From Eledone cirrhosa (taxonomy: Eukaryota), in the NCBI GenBank assembly GCA_964016885.1, contig OZ024748.1, positions 56,358,001 through 56,422,000 of the forward strand: a stretch of 64,000 bases of DNA, in the 5' to 3' direction. Within the stretch, counting starts at the first letter, position 1; each line of letters opens with the position of its first letter. The notes below the pieces were generated by a model that saw only the letters and a list, made by a program, of their open reading frames with translations, had not been told where the DNA came from and did no database searches. The position numbers were made by a program, and so were the translations under genes. Below are positions 1 to 13,952 of this stretch, in pieces.

Positions 1-51
1 TAGCAGCCTAATTATATCTCAGTAAAATTTGAATTTAAGAACATGGTTATA

Positions 52-231
52 TAATTGTTTCTACGTTTGGCACAAGGCCAGCAATTACACAGTACATTAC
101 TGGTACTTTATTTTATCGACCCCGTAAGGATGAAAGGCAAAGTTAACCTCGGCGAGATTTAAACTCAGAATGGCAAGGGACGTAACTATATACGTCAAAG
201 CATCGCGTCCGACCCTCAACCGATACTGCCA
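52..231 (-). mobile_element. tRNA-derived SINE, family A copy
   Basis: Reverse complement of the ~185-bp unit repeated 14 times in the window. Unit has A-box-like TGGCAGTATCGGT, B-box-like GAGTTCAAATCC, central GCCTTTCATCCTTACGGGGTCGATAAAATAAAGTACC and 3' end AAGTAGAAACAATTAT. Confidence 0.9.
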
Positions 232-428
232 GTGAACCTATATAGACAAACGTTGAAAAAAATGTGTTGGCAGATTTGAATGCATTGATCTTAGACATAC
301 TTGATCAGGTCTGACTTAAATTTAAGTATCACGATTACCAACAGAAAAGGAAAAAAACACATTAACGTTCAACAACATAATCAGCAGCAATAACAATATC
401 AACATGAATAACCTAGCGAATGTCTAGG

Positions 429-514
<86 letters not shown>

Positions 515-520
515 ATATAT

Positions 521-933
521 AAACGGAAAAAATGAAACGAAATTTCATTTCCCACTCTTAGTACGGCTGTTACTTAAATATAAGTATGTACACGTACATA
601 CATTTATGTATACAGACGCACAGTAGTATGTATATATATATATACATACATGCACACATATATATATATGTACGTATGGATTCACCGAACATTTATTATA
701 ATGCTAATAAGCTTGAAACTAGTACAGCGTTCCTTTTTCAGTGTTGAACAAACGAGCAACGATGTTTGCTAGACACTACGGCTTAATACGGGATGTTTGT
801 TTACAAACACAACGAGCATTATAATAAATGTTCGGTGAATCCATACGTACATATATATATGTGTGCATGTATGTATATATATATATACATACTACTGTGC
901 GTCTGTATACATATACGTATGTACGTGTACATA

Positions 934-940
<7 letters not shown>
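521..940. mobile_element. Fold-back element between (TA)n tracts, ~125-bp inverted arms (578-705 / 815-940)
   Basis: TATAAGTATGTACACG...CCGAACATTTATTATAATGCT is mirrored by AGCATTATAATAAATGTTCGG...CGTGTACATACTTATA. The 521-579 terminus recurs reverse-complemented at ~45998-46058. Confidence 0.8.
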
Positions 941-1015
<75 letters not shown>

Positions 1016-1060
1016 TATACATATATATAAGTATTAATAAAATATATGTTCTTTTGATCA

Positions 1061-1123
1061 ATTATATTTTATTATACATATTTCAGATGTACAACAGTAC
1101 GTCCTCATCAGACAAAATATAAT
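1061..1123 (-). ncRNA. Minimal type I hammerhead ribozyme motif
   Basis: Minus strand reads ATTATATTTTGT CTGATGA GGACGTAC-TGTT-GTACATCT GAAA TATGTA TA/ ATAAAATATAAT. Helix I 12 bp (one GU), helix II 8 bp with one mismatch, near-palindromic helix III. Confidence 0.75.
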
Positions 1124-1236
1124 GATACATGACATTTACTCCTGAAAATTATTTTTTTTCTCGTTGAGTGCTTCCAATCTACTGTAAAAATCATTCTTTG
1201 ACATAATCATCGAATATTGTTTAACAATTTAATACT

Positions 1237-1274
<38 letters not shown>

Positions 1275-1293
1275 CACGCACACACACACACAA

Positions 1294-1385
<92 letters not shown>

Positions 1386-1996
1386 TTCAACATTTTCCAA
1401 GTTGTCTTTCAATAAAATATAGCTGTAGCTAGATAGCTATGATTACACCATATAAATAGATAATTAAGTAAATACAAATAATAATAAAGAAATAACAAAT
1501 CAAAAGCATGGTTCGTCACGACTGCAAAGTTTTTTGAAAATAAAGTAATCTAGATTATGACTGACATATGTATGCGTGAGGTGGATGGATAAACAAGGGA
1601 ACCTCATCACCATCATCAGCAGCTGCAGTATTAACAACAACAACAACAGCAGAAAAAACATCAACAACAATAGAAAAGAAAGAAACAACAACAAGAATGT
1701 CAAAACTGCCAAGAAGATATATCGTGAACTTTGCAAGAAAATCAAAGTGCAAGTGTTATAAAGATTTCATTGCAATATTGCTACGAAGAGTTTTGTTCGC
1801 CATACTGAAGCTTACTTAACTAAATCTATATATTTCATGTTGTTTTAGGAAAGTTTCAGAATATGATAGTCGTGGTGGCAGTAACTAAAGCTGACCAAAC
1901 AGAGAATAATGGAATGAAGTTAATTGATATTGTGAGATCGAGAGAGGTATTTTCAGAGGACAAAAGTATTTATTGTTCGTGTAAAAGTCACAAAGA

Positions 1997-2041
<45 letters not shown>

Positions 2042-2273
2042 AATCTATTATGTTATCACGTGTTCCAGTCGATAGGCTGAGTCCATGCTGGGGCTCCACC
2101 ATTAACACAATAGATTCCTCTGTAAATATATATATATACATATATATATAGCATGTATTAAATATCAGAGAAAACAACAACTATTCTTTGAATAACTATT
2201 TTAATCCTCTCTCTTCTGGCTTGTAATTTTCATAACTAATCCTTTACCTCACTTCTTTGATTAGTTTGCTTAG

Positions 2274-2347
<74 letters not shown>

Positions 2348-2744
2348 GATAACAAGTTATTGTTTTAGGTAATCCGGTTAGAGAGTGTGTGTACTCTGTA
2401 CTATGGATAGTTTTAACGTACGGTGTTGTTTGACTCAACAAGAGGTTTCCTTAGATAGGTAGCGAACTTGCGAGAATTCCCATGCAGGTTATTCTTGAAG
2501 TAGTGAAGAATAACATGGTTGGCTGTAAAAAAGGGTTTTATTTACAGTATTAACAATTGTTTCTTTGATCAGGTGAGTCTAAAGGCCGCTAATAACTCGA
2601 AAATGCATCACTCGACCTTAAATACACTGTATGGGAAGAATAATGTGCATTGGAATTCCCGCAAACTCACTACCTATCTAAGGAAACCTTTTGTTGTTTT
2701 AAATACACATAATTATTTTAACGCTGGAAATAGCAGAAATAGAG

Positions 2745-2779
2745 TTTTACCGTTTCGGACACAAGTCCTTCATCAGAAG
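2745..2779 (-). ncRNA. Degenerate hammerhead motif
   Basis: Minus strand reads CTGATGA A GGAC-TTGT-GTCC GAAA CGG TA; helix I is poor. A more decayed relative (GTCCTTCATCAGAAGATAG) lies at ~25668. Confidence 0.5.
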
Positions 2780-2946
2780 ATAGCATTATAAATAGAAGAT
2801 AAATAGAAATTACGGAGTAATGAAAGGAATGAATTGTGAAAATGAAGAAAAAATGTGGAGGAAAATAACACGTGCGTATTCAGTCGGCCAATATATGTAT
2901 ATGCACCTGATATTTTCACATATTTTTGTGGTCATTTACAGTATTT

Positions 2947-3136
2947 GTGGTAATTGGCAGTATCGGTAGAGAGTCGGACACCATGCATTGACGCATAGAG
3001 TTACGGCGCTTGACATTCAGAGTTCAAATCCTGCCGAGGTTAACTTTGCCTTTCATCCTTACGGGGTCGATGAAATAAAGTACCAGTAATGCACTGATTT
3101 AATTGCTGGCCTTGTGTCAAAAGTACAAACAATTAT
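2947..3136 (+). mobile_element. SINE family A copy
   Basis: Full-length match to the family A unit. Confidence 0.9.
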
Positions 3137-3362
3137 CTTTGTTATTCTTGTTGTGACTTTTATTATTTTCAGTGTTCTCCTTTAACTTGTTCGAGTACAT
3201 ATATGAAATATTTAACATAATTAGATAGTTGCCTATGCAGCATAGGTATATATCTACAGAGTGGAGAGACAAAGAAGTCTTGTAAGTGGGGGTAACCACA
3301 GTAAGTAAGGTACTCAATACACAGCAGAGTATAAATATTTAATATAGAAATGTCTTATACGT

Positions 3363-3440
3363 GACTAGAATTGCTTCATTCGAAGCAAACCATCAGGAAA
3401 GATTTCCCGATGGTTTCCTTCGAATGAAACAGTTCTAGTC
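3363..3440. repeat. Imperfect palindrome with ~38-bp arms next to (TA)n
   Basis: GACTAGAATTGCTTCATTCGAAGCAAACCATCAGGAAA ga TTTCCCGATGGTTTCCTTCGAATGAAACAGTTCTAGTC, preceded by GTACTCAATAC at ~3310. Confidence 0.8.
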
Positions 3441-3454
3441 CTGTAGAAGCCAGT

Positions 3455-3518
<64 letters not shown>

Positions 3519-3548
3519 ATGTGTGTGTGTATGTATTTATACATATAC

Positions 3549-3643
<95 letters not shown>

Positions 3644-3644
3644 C

Positions 3645-3680
<36 letters not shown>

Positions 3681-3686
3681 GTATAC

Positions 3687-3717
<31 letters not shown>

Positions 3718-3768
3718 CACACACATATATATATATATATATGTATATGTATATATATACTTATAGGT

Positions 3769-3799
<31 letters not shown>

Positions 3800-3802
3800 C
3801 AT

Positions 3803-3882
<80 letters not shown>

Positions 3883-4619
3883 TCACATATACATGTACGT
3901 ATTTTTAATGACAGGCCAACACATATGGGCTCACACACAACATATTTCGAAATGAGTGTAATCAGCACAGACGCACACAAAAGCACATATCTGTCTTGCC
4001 TCAATCTTGCATACAACAGAGAATATGTATCTGACTCCTAGATTATTGGAAAAATATTAGGCATTTGATGAATTACCACAGCCCAGATATATCTCTCCAA
4101 GTCCCTTTTTCCAATCTACAACAGCCCCACGGACAGCAACGCCATTACCTCCATCACTACCATCCTACACACCACCTCATATGTCAGTAATATCAGCATC
4201 AACTACACCAACATTTCCACCACTTCAACTGACATTTTTGTTTTTCGTCTTATTGCTCTGGATTTCGTTTCGGTTTTGTAGGGAATATTTGCTGAAATTA
4301 TTATTATTATCACTATCATCGTCGTTATTAACATTGTTGTTATTATTAGTGTCAGTAGCAGTAGTATTTTTTTTATTATGTGTTGTTTTGATATTATAGT
4401 TATTGTTGTGTTATTTTTTTCTTTCTTACATTCAACCTTTTCTTATCTGTTTTCCTTATATAGTATGTCGCTCCCGTCTCCCTTCGTGGTGTGAGCACAT
4501 TTCTTACTTGTCAGGTCAGTTAATTAGGTAGTGTGGAGGCTGGGCAAAGAGAATTAACGGTTAGGCGGCATTCTCTACGCGTTCGACGTAAATGCCTCGT
4601 ATCTGAGGTGGCCGCGGTG

Positions 4620-5400
4620 CTGGTGGCGTTGGTGTTGGTGTTGGTGTTGGTGTTGGTGTTGGTGTAAAGGGGCTGTGATGCTGATGTTGGTGTCGTAGGT
4701 GAGGGTGGTGTCCATGTTGTCGGTGTGTCACTGAGTCGGTGACATAGGTATTCGTGGTGTTGGCGGCTGTGGTTGTCATATTCGTGGAGGCGACGGCTCT
4801 GATTGTGATATCCATGGTAGTGGTGGTAGCTTCGATTATAATATTCGTGGCTATGGCGGTGGCTGTGATGGTGACGGTGGTAGTGATGGTGGTGGTGGTG
4901 TTGGTGGTAGTGGCTGTGATATTCATGGTGCTGGCGATGGATGTGAATATCATATTATTAGTAGTGATGGTGGTGGTAGACTTGGTGGGGATGGCTGTGA
5001 TTATCATATTTCTGGTTCTGGCGGTGGCTGCGATTGTCATATACGTGATGGAGTTGGTGGAAACGGGGATGATTCTTCCGGCTGCAGTGGTTTTGTTTGT
5101 GGTAGGTGAGATAGCGAGGGTAGTTACTGGCTCGAGACGATGGTGGTAGTGAAATTCTGCTGCCGGGTATAGTAAGTAGCGTGTAGTGCTGATGATGGCG
5201 GTGGGGATGACAGTAGTGCTTTGTTGAGGAAGGTGCTGTAGGGAGTGGTAGTAATAATGGTGGTGAAGGCGGTAGTGTATGTTTTGATGAGTGAGGAAGA
5301 GAGTGGTAGTACTGATGGTGATGACAGTGGTAGTGGTTTGTGTCGGTGTGTGGTAGTATGACTGCTGCTGCTGTTTCTGTTGCTACTGGCTATAATAGTG
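4620..5400. repeat. Degenerate (GGT/GTG/GAT)n low-complexity tract
   Basis: (GGTGTT)n and GGT/GTA triplet-rich sequence; source of the Thr- and Val-rich ORFs. Confidence 0.8.
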
Positions 5401-5418
5401 GTGTTATGTTTTAGTACT

Positions 5419-5606
5419 GCGGTGGATTGGCAGTATCGGTAGAGGGTCAGACGCCATGCTTTCCAGCATAGTTACGTCCCTTTACGATCTGAGTTCAAAT
5501 AGGTCCGAGGTTGACTTTTCCTTTCATCCTTACGGCGTGGATAAAATAAAGTACCAGTAATGCACTGGATAACTGCTGGCCTTGTGCCTAAAGTAGAAAC
5601 AGTTAT
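5419..5606 (+). mobile_element. SINE family A copy with TSD
   Basis: Full-length unit; direct repeat GTTATGTTTTAG at 5403-5414 and 5602-5613. Confidence 0.9.
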
Positions 5607-5851
5607 GTTTTAGGGTGTATTGCTTCTTGTGGTGGTGGATATTGCTATATAATAGAAGTTATGGTGTACGTAGCGTAAGTATAATGTAGTGTATAGCTGA
5701 GGTGAGATATATTATATCGTAGAGAGGTAAGACAATGTATGTTTCTAAGAAGGAGCGTAAAAACAACTTGGTATCAGAGAGAAAGATATATAGAAAGAGA
5801 GACATTTATGAATACTCTCTCTCCCTCTCTCTCTCTCACTCACTCACTCAC

Positions 5852-5916
<65 letters not shown>

Positions 5917-5992
5917 TAATATATATATATAATGGATAATCCTAAGCATTTCTTGCATAACCTAATATATATATATATATATACATGTATAT

Positions 5993-6038
<46 letters not shown>

Positions 6039-6130
6039 CCTAATATATATATTGTTATACTTTGGGAGGGTCATATACATGTATATATATATATATAACC
6101 TAATATATATATATATATATACATGTATAT

Positions 6131-6176
<46 letters not shown>

Positions 6177-6629
6177 GGGAACAAGTAAGACCCCGACGGC
6201 TGAGCTCAAGCCGTTTCGACGGCTAATTCTAATATACACATATATACTTTCCTACCTAGGGAGATGCATACATAAAGATATACAGATAGATATATCAAGA
6301 GATCGGCTGACAGCATTCCAACCTAGGGCTACGTTAATGTGATGTAGGAGATAGATTTAGGGACAACAACTTCAGAATATTGAAATTAATGCTGGAGGAG
6401 CGGGAGAGATACGTGAAGATAGAAGAGAGGCAAACTATAGAGGAGAAAACTAACATAAGTCAATTTTTTTCATGCTGTGTAGAAGAATCAGGCAAAAGAT
6501 ACAACAATTATTTTTCATAGATGTTTATGAAGGAGATGATGATGAAATTGGCGTGGTGGGTTGAGGTTATAATGATGAAGACAATAATGATGATGATGAT
6601 AGTGTTGATGGTGAACATTATAATAATGT

Positions 6630-6848
6630 TGGTTTCTGATTTATGTATATGGCAAACAATTTTAGGAGAGGGGTAGGCGTCAGTAGACTAAATGATACCA
6701 TTACATTACTGGTACTTTATTTTACCGACCCCACAAAAATGAAAGGCAAAACGAAACTCGACACAATTTGAACTCAGATCGTAAAGGCCCATAACTCTAT
6801 GCTGAAAAGCATGGCGTCAGACCCTCTACCGGTACTGCCAATCCACCA
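6630..6848 (-). mobile_element. SINE family A copy (longer 3' variant)
   Basis: Same head and core, with an extra purine-rich segment near the 3' end as in the 38521 copy. Confidence 0.85.
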
Positions 6849-6865
6849 CTCTAATGAAGATAATA

Positions 6866-7052
6866 ATAATTGTTTCTACTTTTGGCACAAGACCAGCAAT
6901 TACCCCAGTGTATTACAGGTACTTTATTTTATAGACCGCGTAAGGATGAAAGGCAAAGTTAACCTCGGCGGGATTTGAACTCAGACCATAAAGGGCCGTA
7001 ACTCTATGCTGCAAAGCATGCGCCCGACCCACTACCGATACTGCTAATCCAC
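6866..7052 (-). mobile_element. SINE family A copy (tandem with the previous one)
   Basis: Full-length unit directly adjacent, same orientation. Confidence 0.9.
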
Positions 7053-7453
7053 ATGATGATAATGTTGATGATGATGATGATGTTGGTGTCCATAGCAACG
7101 GAGATAATGACAAAGAAGATGTTGATGTTGTCATAGATGGTGATCCCGGTGACGTCCAGGATGATGATGATGATGCTTGTGATTTTGTTTTGAGAGGTAA
7201 TGACATTGGCAGTAAGGGTGATGAGGCCGATGATGACGGAGATGACGCCAGTCATTCTGGTTATAACGGTGAAGTTTATGAGGATAATGCTAAGAATATT
7301 GACGATGGGGACGTTGTTAATGAATTTGGAGATGGCAGCAATTGTGGTTACGATGACACCGTGACACCGACAGGGAATTTAATGGTGGGGATATTGATGT
7401 TTGAAATCATATTTGTGATGAGAAATTGAAGGAACACCATGAAGTTGTACTTA

Positions 7454-7588
7454 GTGAAGGCGCATGGCTTAGTGGTTAGAGCATTGGGTTTGCAATAGAA
7501 TGGTTGTGAGTTCAATTCTCGGACCGAGTGATGTGTTGTTTCCTTGAGCAAGACACGTTGCTCCAGTTTACTCAGCTCTAGAAATGAG
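7454..7588 (+). mobile_element. tRNA-derived SINE, family B
   Basis: A box TGGCTTAGTGG and B box GAGTTCAATTC, followed by TCCTTGAGCAAGACAC (a central-domain motif common in metazoan SINEs). A decayed relative may lie at ~23930-24000. Confidence 0.75.
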
Positions 7589-8296
7589 ATGATAGGACTG
7601 GGATCCCTATCATTAAAACATCCTAGAAACCCCCAATGAGATACAACATTTCAGTAACGGATAATTAAATTCAGTTAGAATTCATATTTTGACACAGCAG
7701 GTACAAATTACCGCCATAGCCAAAATGAATTCGTAATTTTTATAAGCACCTCACTATAAAGTCACATTGCAGTGAATTAATATCTACATAGTTCTGATCT
7801 GTTACTGGGGCGTGGGTTCTGTGTTTTTATACCTTCTATAAATAAATCTAGAAATCATATGCCTTTACGCATTGTACAATACGAGTCACATTTCTATGTG
7901 GTGACTCCCTGAATCAACGACTTTATGAAAACTGCTCTCATTAGGCTGAAAGACATTCCAGTGGGATTTTCCTAGCATTGCATTATATTTGGAATTTCGC
8001 CAGCTGGTAATATTTTGTAGACAGTGTGTGTCCCTGTATTCCATCTTCCCCGAGGGTCCGGGTAAATATTTCAATCATATCTTATTTTGTTCGACCCGTT
8101 TAGCTTTTTCGCTTTTTTTGGCTATGGTGGTTAATGGCTTCTTAACCATGGTCTCAGCGTGTATGACCATTTTAACTTATGTTTATAGATCTGGTATCAT
8201 CTTCTTCATATCCATGGAGCGCTTGTCTGCACAATATGGAAGTTGTGTTTGGCTAATTTCTACCCGCCGAAATGCGATTATCGCTAAATTTATATT

Positions 8297-8344
<48 letters not shown>

Positions 8345-9321
8345 TATATTACAATATATACACACATCCATGCGCCCACACATTACATACCTTCATATAT
8401 ATATATATATATATGAAGGTATGTAATGTGTGGGCGCATGTGTGTGTGTGTATATTGTAAATACTAATTGGAACCACTCCTAAATCTGGAAGTGATCAAG
8501 GGTTTTATTAATTCTCCATTTAGGTAGATTGGAATAATTTATATATATATATTCTTTGACTTTGAACAATTAATAAGCAGCGAATCTTATTTATCACCCT
8601 TATTAAAAATCCAATATTACTCGTAATAAAGCATATTGGCATAAGAAATAATTGAAATGAGGGAGTGATTAAAACTCTGTTTTGTTAATCTACAGTCGTC
8701 ATTTGATAATTCATTAATGTCAAAGGCAATTATGGTAACTAGCAGAAAAACCACCCTTCGTGTGGTTTTTCTGCTAGCATGTGTTGTGCGCATATTGTTA
8801 TTATACGCAAACATATATGCATGTAGATATGATACATCAAATAAAATCGTTATTGACAATATATAGAGTCCATTATCATAACCGGAAGTATTGACAATCT
8901 TAAAATAAGCAATCATTATATATAAGAATATTTATGTTTAATCAAGACCTACGAAATTTAGTACATAAATTAGGTAATATTCATTCATTATTTATTCATA
9001 GTAATCCAACTTATCTTACTAACGGGATTAAGAAATATATTCAGGACACAATCCCGCACTCATCCATATAAATTGTGATTGTAATATCTCAATATTATAT
9101 TATGTTTGTAATATCTCAAAATCAAGGTTACATAATTTCAAACGTGAACAGTACATCATTACATGTTGACATTGTTCATGAAACATTTGAATTCAACAAT
9201 GGTAATATTCCGGGAACAAAACTAACTCCATTATAATTTTCTCCGGTAATTGAAAGTGTAATGGACAAGGTTTTGCAGGGTAATATTTGCGGTGAAAAAA
9301 TAACGTATAAACATTAGATTG

Positions 9322-9367
<46 letters not shown>

Positions 9368-9403
9368 TCTGTATATATATATACATATAACATTCTAATG
9401 TAT

Positions 9404-9475
<72 letters not shown>

Positions 9476-10021
9476 TGTGTGTGTTGGTTGTCTGCAGTGG
9501 AGATCATATAACCAAACAATTTTCCATGAGGTCAAGTTTTAGCAAGAGACCTTATGAGTCTTTATAGAGCGGATATATTTTTAAAATGACAGCAGCTTGC
9601 ACAGACTCTTTGTAATGTCTCTTGAACTTTGAAATGTCTCTTTAGACGTTCTTGAGATTTGCTGATATTGTGACACCTGTGTCAGGTTTGTGTATGCTAT
9701 AGTCAGTAGGGATTGGCCTGCTGTGTGTTCCTATGTGAGATTGAAGTCTCGGCTCTGGCAGCCAGCTTTTGACACGAATTCAAGAAGAGAAAATTACATT
9801 ATATATCTATATATCTTTATATACGTCGTTGTTGTGGTAGATGTATGGTCACTGATTCCGGTCGTTTTTTCTTGGTGTCACACTATATAACTGTTGTGAC
9901 TCATTCTTGACGATAATGTTTAGCTTCTCGCTTCATTGAGTTTTTTGTAATTACTTCAAACATCTCGATTAGGACGTGCTATACGGCGGTTACTACTTCG
10001 ACACATACACAATATTGTATA

Positions 10022-10055
<34 letters not shown>

Positions 10056-10100
10056 AATATAATATATGTATATATACGTATATATATACATATACATATA

Positions 10101-10148
<48 letters not shown>

Positions 10149-10258
10149 TAGATATATATGTGTACATATATATATATAGAGAGAGAGAGATATATGTGTA
10201 CATATATATATATATAGAGAGAGAGATATATGTGTACATATATATATATATATAGATA

Positions 10259-10330
<72 letters not shown>

Positions 10331-10740
10331 GCATATTCCTAAAGTACACTTTTGTTAAAGAATAAATGAACATGCCATTTTCAGATGAACCTTTACCAGA
10401 AAATACTTGTGAGCATGTTAAAAATTATTAGAATTTAAAAAAACTCTTGCACAAGGTAGATTATTTAACATTGATTAACTAATATAGAATTGCATCATAT
10501 ACAATATACGTGTGTATGTAATAAAAATATAGTGTGCAATTTAACATTTTATAAAATATAGTATTCTTTTTCAAATTGTTTAATGGATCAACTTTATTGC
10601 TTGTTCATCACTTATTTGTCAGTTTAATCTGTTCATAAAATTCTTAAAATACATAAATTGAATAAATTAAATTTGCGAGGTATATTTATTAATATATTTT
10701 AATATTTATAATTATATTATATTATTATTATAAATTTCAG

Positions 10741-11663
10741 ATGTATAAACATCCAGTTGCTAAAGAGGAAAGTAAAAAGATTTGGGCACAAAATATTTGT
10801 CATTTTGAGAAGAGAAAGAAATCTAGGAAAACGAAAATTCAAAGTTCATTAATAGAATTATGCAAGCTACTTACTGATCAACAGATCGTTGTTGATATAT
10901 CACTCTTGCTGCTGAAGAGAAAAACACCAAAAAAAGAATTAAGATAATTGCTGGAGAATGTGAAAGTTTATGGGAAAAGTTCATCTTTCCAACTATCAAC
11001 AAACTTTAAATACCTCAAAAAATTGAAAAAATAATTTAATAAAAAGCAAAAAGAAGTGAAAAGACCTGGCTCTGCGAATTTCAATAATCTGTTTGACATT
11101 ACAAAAAGATATGGGTTATGGTTAGCAGCCGAAGATTTGTCATTTTATGAAAAGCAAGTTGGGAGTTGTGGAAAGGTTGGGTATACTACGATGAAAATAG
11201 ACAGTGAAAAGAAAATCCATCCTTCTAAGAACTAGATCATGATAAGCCATCTTGCTCATACATTCATCTGGACTCAAATGAAAGTTACAGTGACACCGAT
11301 ACAAATGTCAGCGATTACAAACCTTCACATTCACCTTCACCAGAAAATAATCGAAAAAAGAAAACACAGCTCATGCTGTTAACCTAGTAAGAAATACTAA
11401 ATTACCTGGTAGAAAAACAGCAGCAGTTTGCAACGAATTTAAAAGTGGTGGTATTAAGGTGAGCACCCGAGTCAGTCGGCAGTGCACAAAGCAGTTATCA
11501 GAGAAGGTGAGAAACTCATGGAAAAGTGGAAAAATGAACTCAAAAGGGGAAAATGGAGCCTTCATTTTGATGGAAAACGAATGAGAGACTTAGAATATCA
11601 GGTTGCAGTGATAAAAAATGATGAGAAAGAAATAAGCCTGAGGCCGATGGCATTAACCGATGG
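10741..11663 (+). pseudogene. Decayed DNA transposase, hAT superfamily (hATm-like), N-terminal half
   Basis: Frameshifted segments read AGECESLWEKFIFPTIN, NNLFDIT, EDLSFYEKQ and KWSLHFDGK...EISL...LTDG. This motif order (W..IPT, LFDI, ED..F..Q, H[WF]DGK) is what I recall for hATm-type transposases. Multiple stops and frameshifts. Confidence 0.65.
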
Positions 11664-11837
11664 AACGTTGCCAGGGAACGTTTCCACGAACCAAAGTATG
11701 GTCTTGCTGTCTTTCTCCGGTTGCAACGTTTTTGAAATATTCACTTCCGCGTTCACTGATTGAATTTGTTAGTTTCAGAAGATCCCGTTATGGGTGAAAA
11801 CACCGATTCTTTGCTTAAACTTTAATCTGTTATTTTA

Positions 11838-11946
<109 letters not shown>

Positions 11947-12005
11947 CGCACACAAACACACACACACATGTATATATATATATATACACACACACACACA
12001 TATAT

Positions 12006-12070
<65 letters not shown>

Positions 12071-12803
12071 AATATATATGTATATTATTTGCAAGGATAA
12101 CGCAACCGTAATTGAAAAGTGAAAAGAGCCCATGTCTTTTTTTTTCCTGTTGTAGAGAATGTTGTAATTTATATTCGCCATCTCTGTCTTTGAAGATTTA
12201 TTAAGCACGTTGCTTCCAAACTTATTAAGTTGAACAATATTATTTCTAATAAGGCATTATATACCATATACATTTGAAATGAGAGTTCCATTAAGCAAGT
12301 CTTACTCTGTTTTCTAGATTGCGTTTGAGAGTATAGCATGGAAAGTAAGAAACATAATATGAAGTATTGTTCTAACTCAAAAATATACTGACATATTATC
12401 AAGCATGCATGAAGTATATTGCGTTTCATCACAATGGATTGAAGTCACAGCCAAATATTTGAGGTCAATACTGAAGGTATTATTGAAGGCATGGTAACAT
12501 CTAAACTCTTTATTTTGGTAAATAGTTATGTAATGAAAAATGATTTGCTGGGACAATTTTGTGGATTACGATAGACGGACAATAATTTATTAACTGGTTT
12601 GTATTATATTGATGTAATCTCTCTCCCTCTCACTCTCCCACTCTTTCATTCAGTGTATATCCTTCTATTCATCTATAGCTATATACATATCTATCTATTT
12701 CTGTATATATCAATCTCTCTCTCTCTCTCTCTCGAACTGTCTCTCTGTCGCTCCGTCTCTCTCTTTCTCTCTCTCTCTCTATCTCTCTCTCTCTCTCTGC
12801 ATA

Positions 12804-12901
<98 letters not shown>

Positions 12902-12907
12902 TATATA

Positions 12908-13073
12908 ACGGAGGAAATGTGGTAAGGAACCAGGTGGACTATAACGCACCGAAGTACTCAATACTTAGGGTAATAGAGTGGGTAATAGGAACGAGTAGGA
13001 TCCCAACGGCTGAGCTTAGTCCAGAATTAGCCGTCGAAACGGCTTGAGCTCAGCCGTCGGGGTCCTACTCGTT

Positions 13074-13075
<2 letters not shown>
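12908..13075. mobile_element. (TA)n-embedded hairpin element, 'ACGGAGG' family copy 1
   Basis: Near-identical to 25275-25479 and to the reverse complement of 46089-46280; both ends abut (TA)n. Confidence 0.85.
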
Positions 13076-13110
<35 letters not shown>

Positions 13111-13249
13111 AATCAACTAATACCTTAACACTTCACACAAAGTAAAACATTTCGTTTTAATCATTTTCTAACCCAGAAAAGAGAGAGAGACAAAAAAAAA
13201 ATATATATATATATTTTTCTCCTCATAATCGTCTCTTTCTCCCTGTTTT

Positions 13250-13334
<85 letters not shown>

Positions 13335-13481
13335 CTGCATGTGCGTGTATATGTGTGTATGTATCAATAAATACATATATATAAAAGTGTATACACGTAT
13401 CAAACACACATATATATATATATATATATATAAAATAAAGTTAAATAAAAGTCAAATGATTAAAATTTAGCTTCGTTTATT

Positions 13482-13536
13482 ACTGCTATATATATTTCAG
13501 TGACAGCCATCTTTGGCTGTGACCTCTTCAGGCAGT
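13482..13536 (-). ncRNA. Minimal type I hammerhead ribozyme motif (left arm)
   Basis: Exact reverse complement of 13752-13806. Confidence 0.75.
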
Positions 13537-13751
13537 TTGAATTAGTATGGTATAGACAAGTACATATGTTGTTTAGGTGTATGATATTGTCAATACTCTG
13601 ATATGCCCAGTTCCTTGCTGGGTTGTTAATTCACTGGGGAACTGGAGTTCCCAGTGAATTAACAACCCAGCAAGGAACTGGGCATATCAGAGTATTGACA
13701 ATATCATACACCTAAACAACATATGTACTTGTCTATACCATACTAATTCAA

Positions 13752-13806
13752 ACTGCCTGAAGAGGTCACAGCCAAAGATGGCTGTCACTGAAATATATAT
13801 AGCAGT
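13752..13806 (+). ncRNA. Minimal type I hammerhead ribozyme motif (right arm)
   Basis: ACTGC CTGAAGA GGTCACAGCCA-AAGA-TGGCTGTCACT GAAA TATATA TA/ GCAGT. Confidence 0.75.
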
Positions 13807-13952
13807 AATAAACGAAGCTAAATTTTAATCATTTGACTTTTATTTAACTTTATTTTACATTACTCCGGAGTAACCAAACCAACCTGCGCACTTCGTCGAG
13901 TACTCCAGCCTGCATACTGAGGTGTTGGTATACAACCAACATAAACTCAAAA

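Noticed and set aside
4561-5149. Thr-rich and Val-rich overlapping ORFs
   Set aside because: Degenerate triplet repeat; no recognisable domain.
7454-7530. tRNA gene
   Set aside because: A/B boxes are present but there is no proper cloverleaf or oligo-T terminator; it continues into a SINE body.
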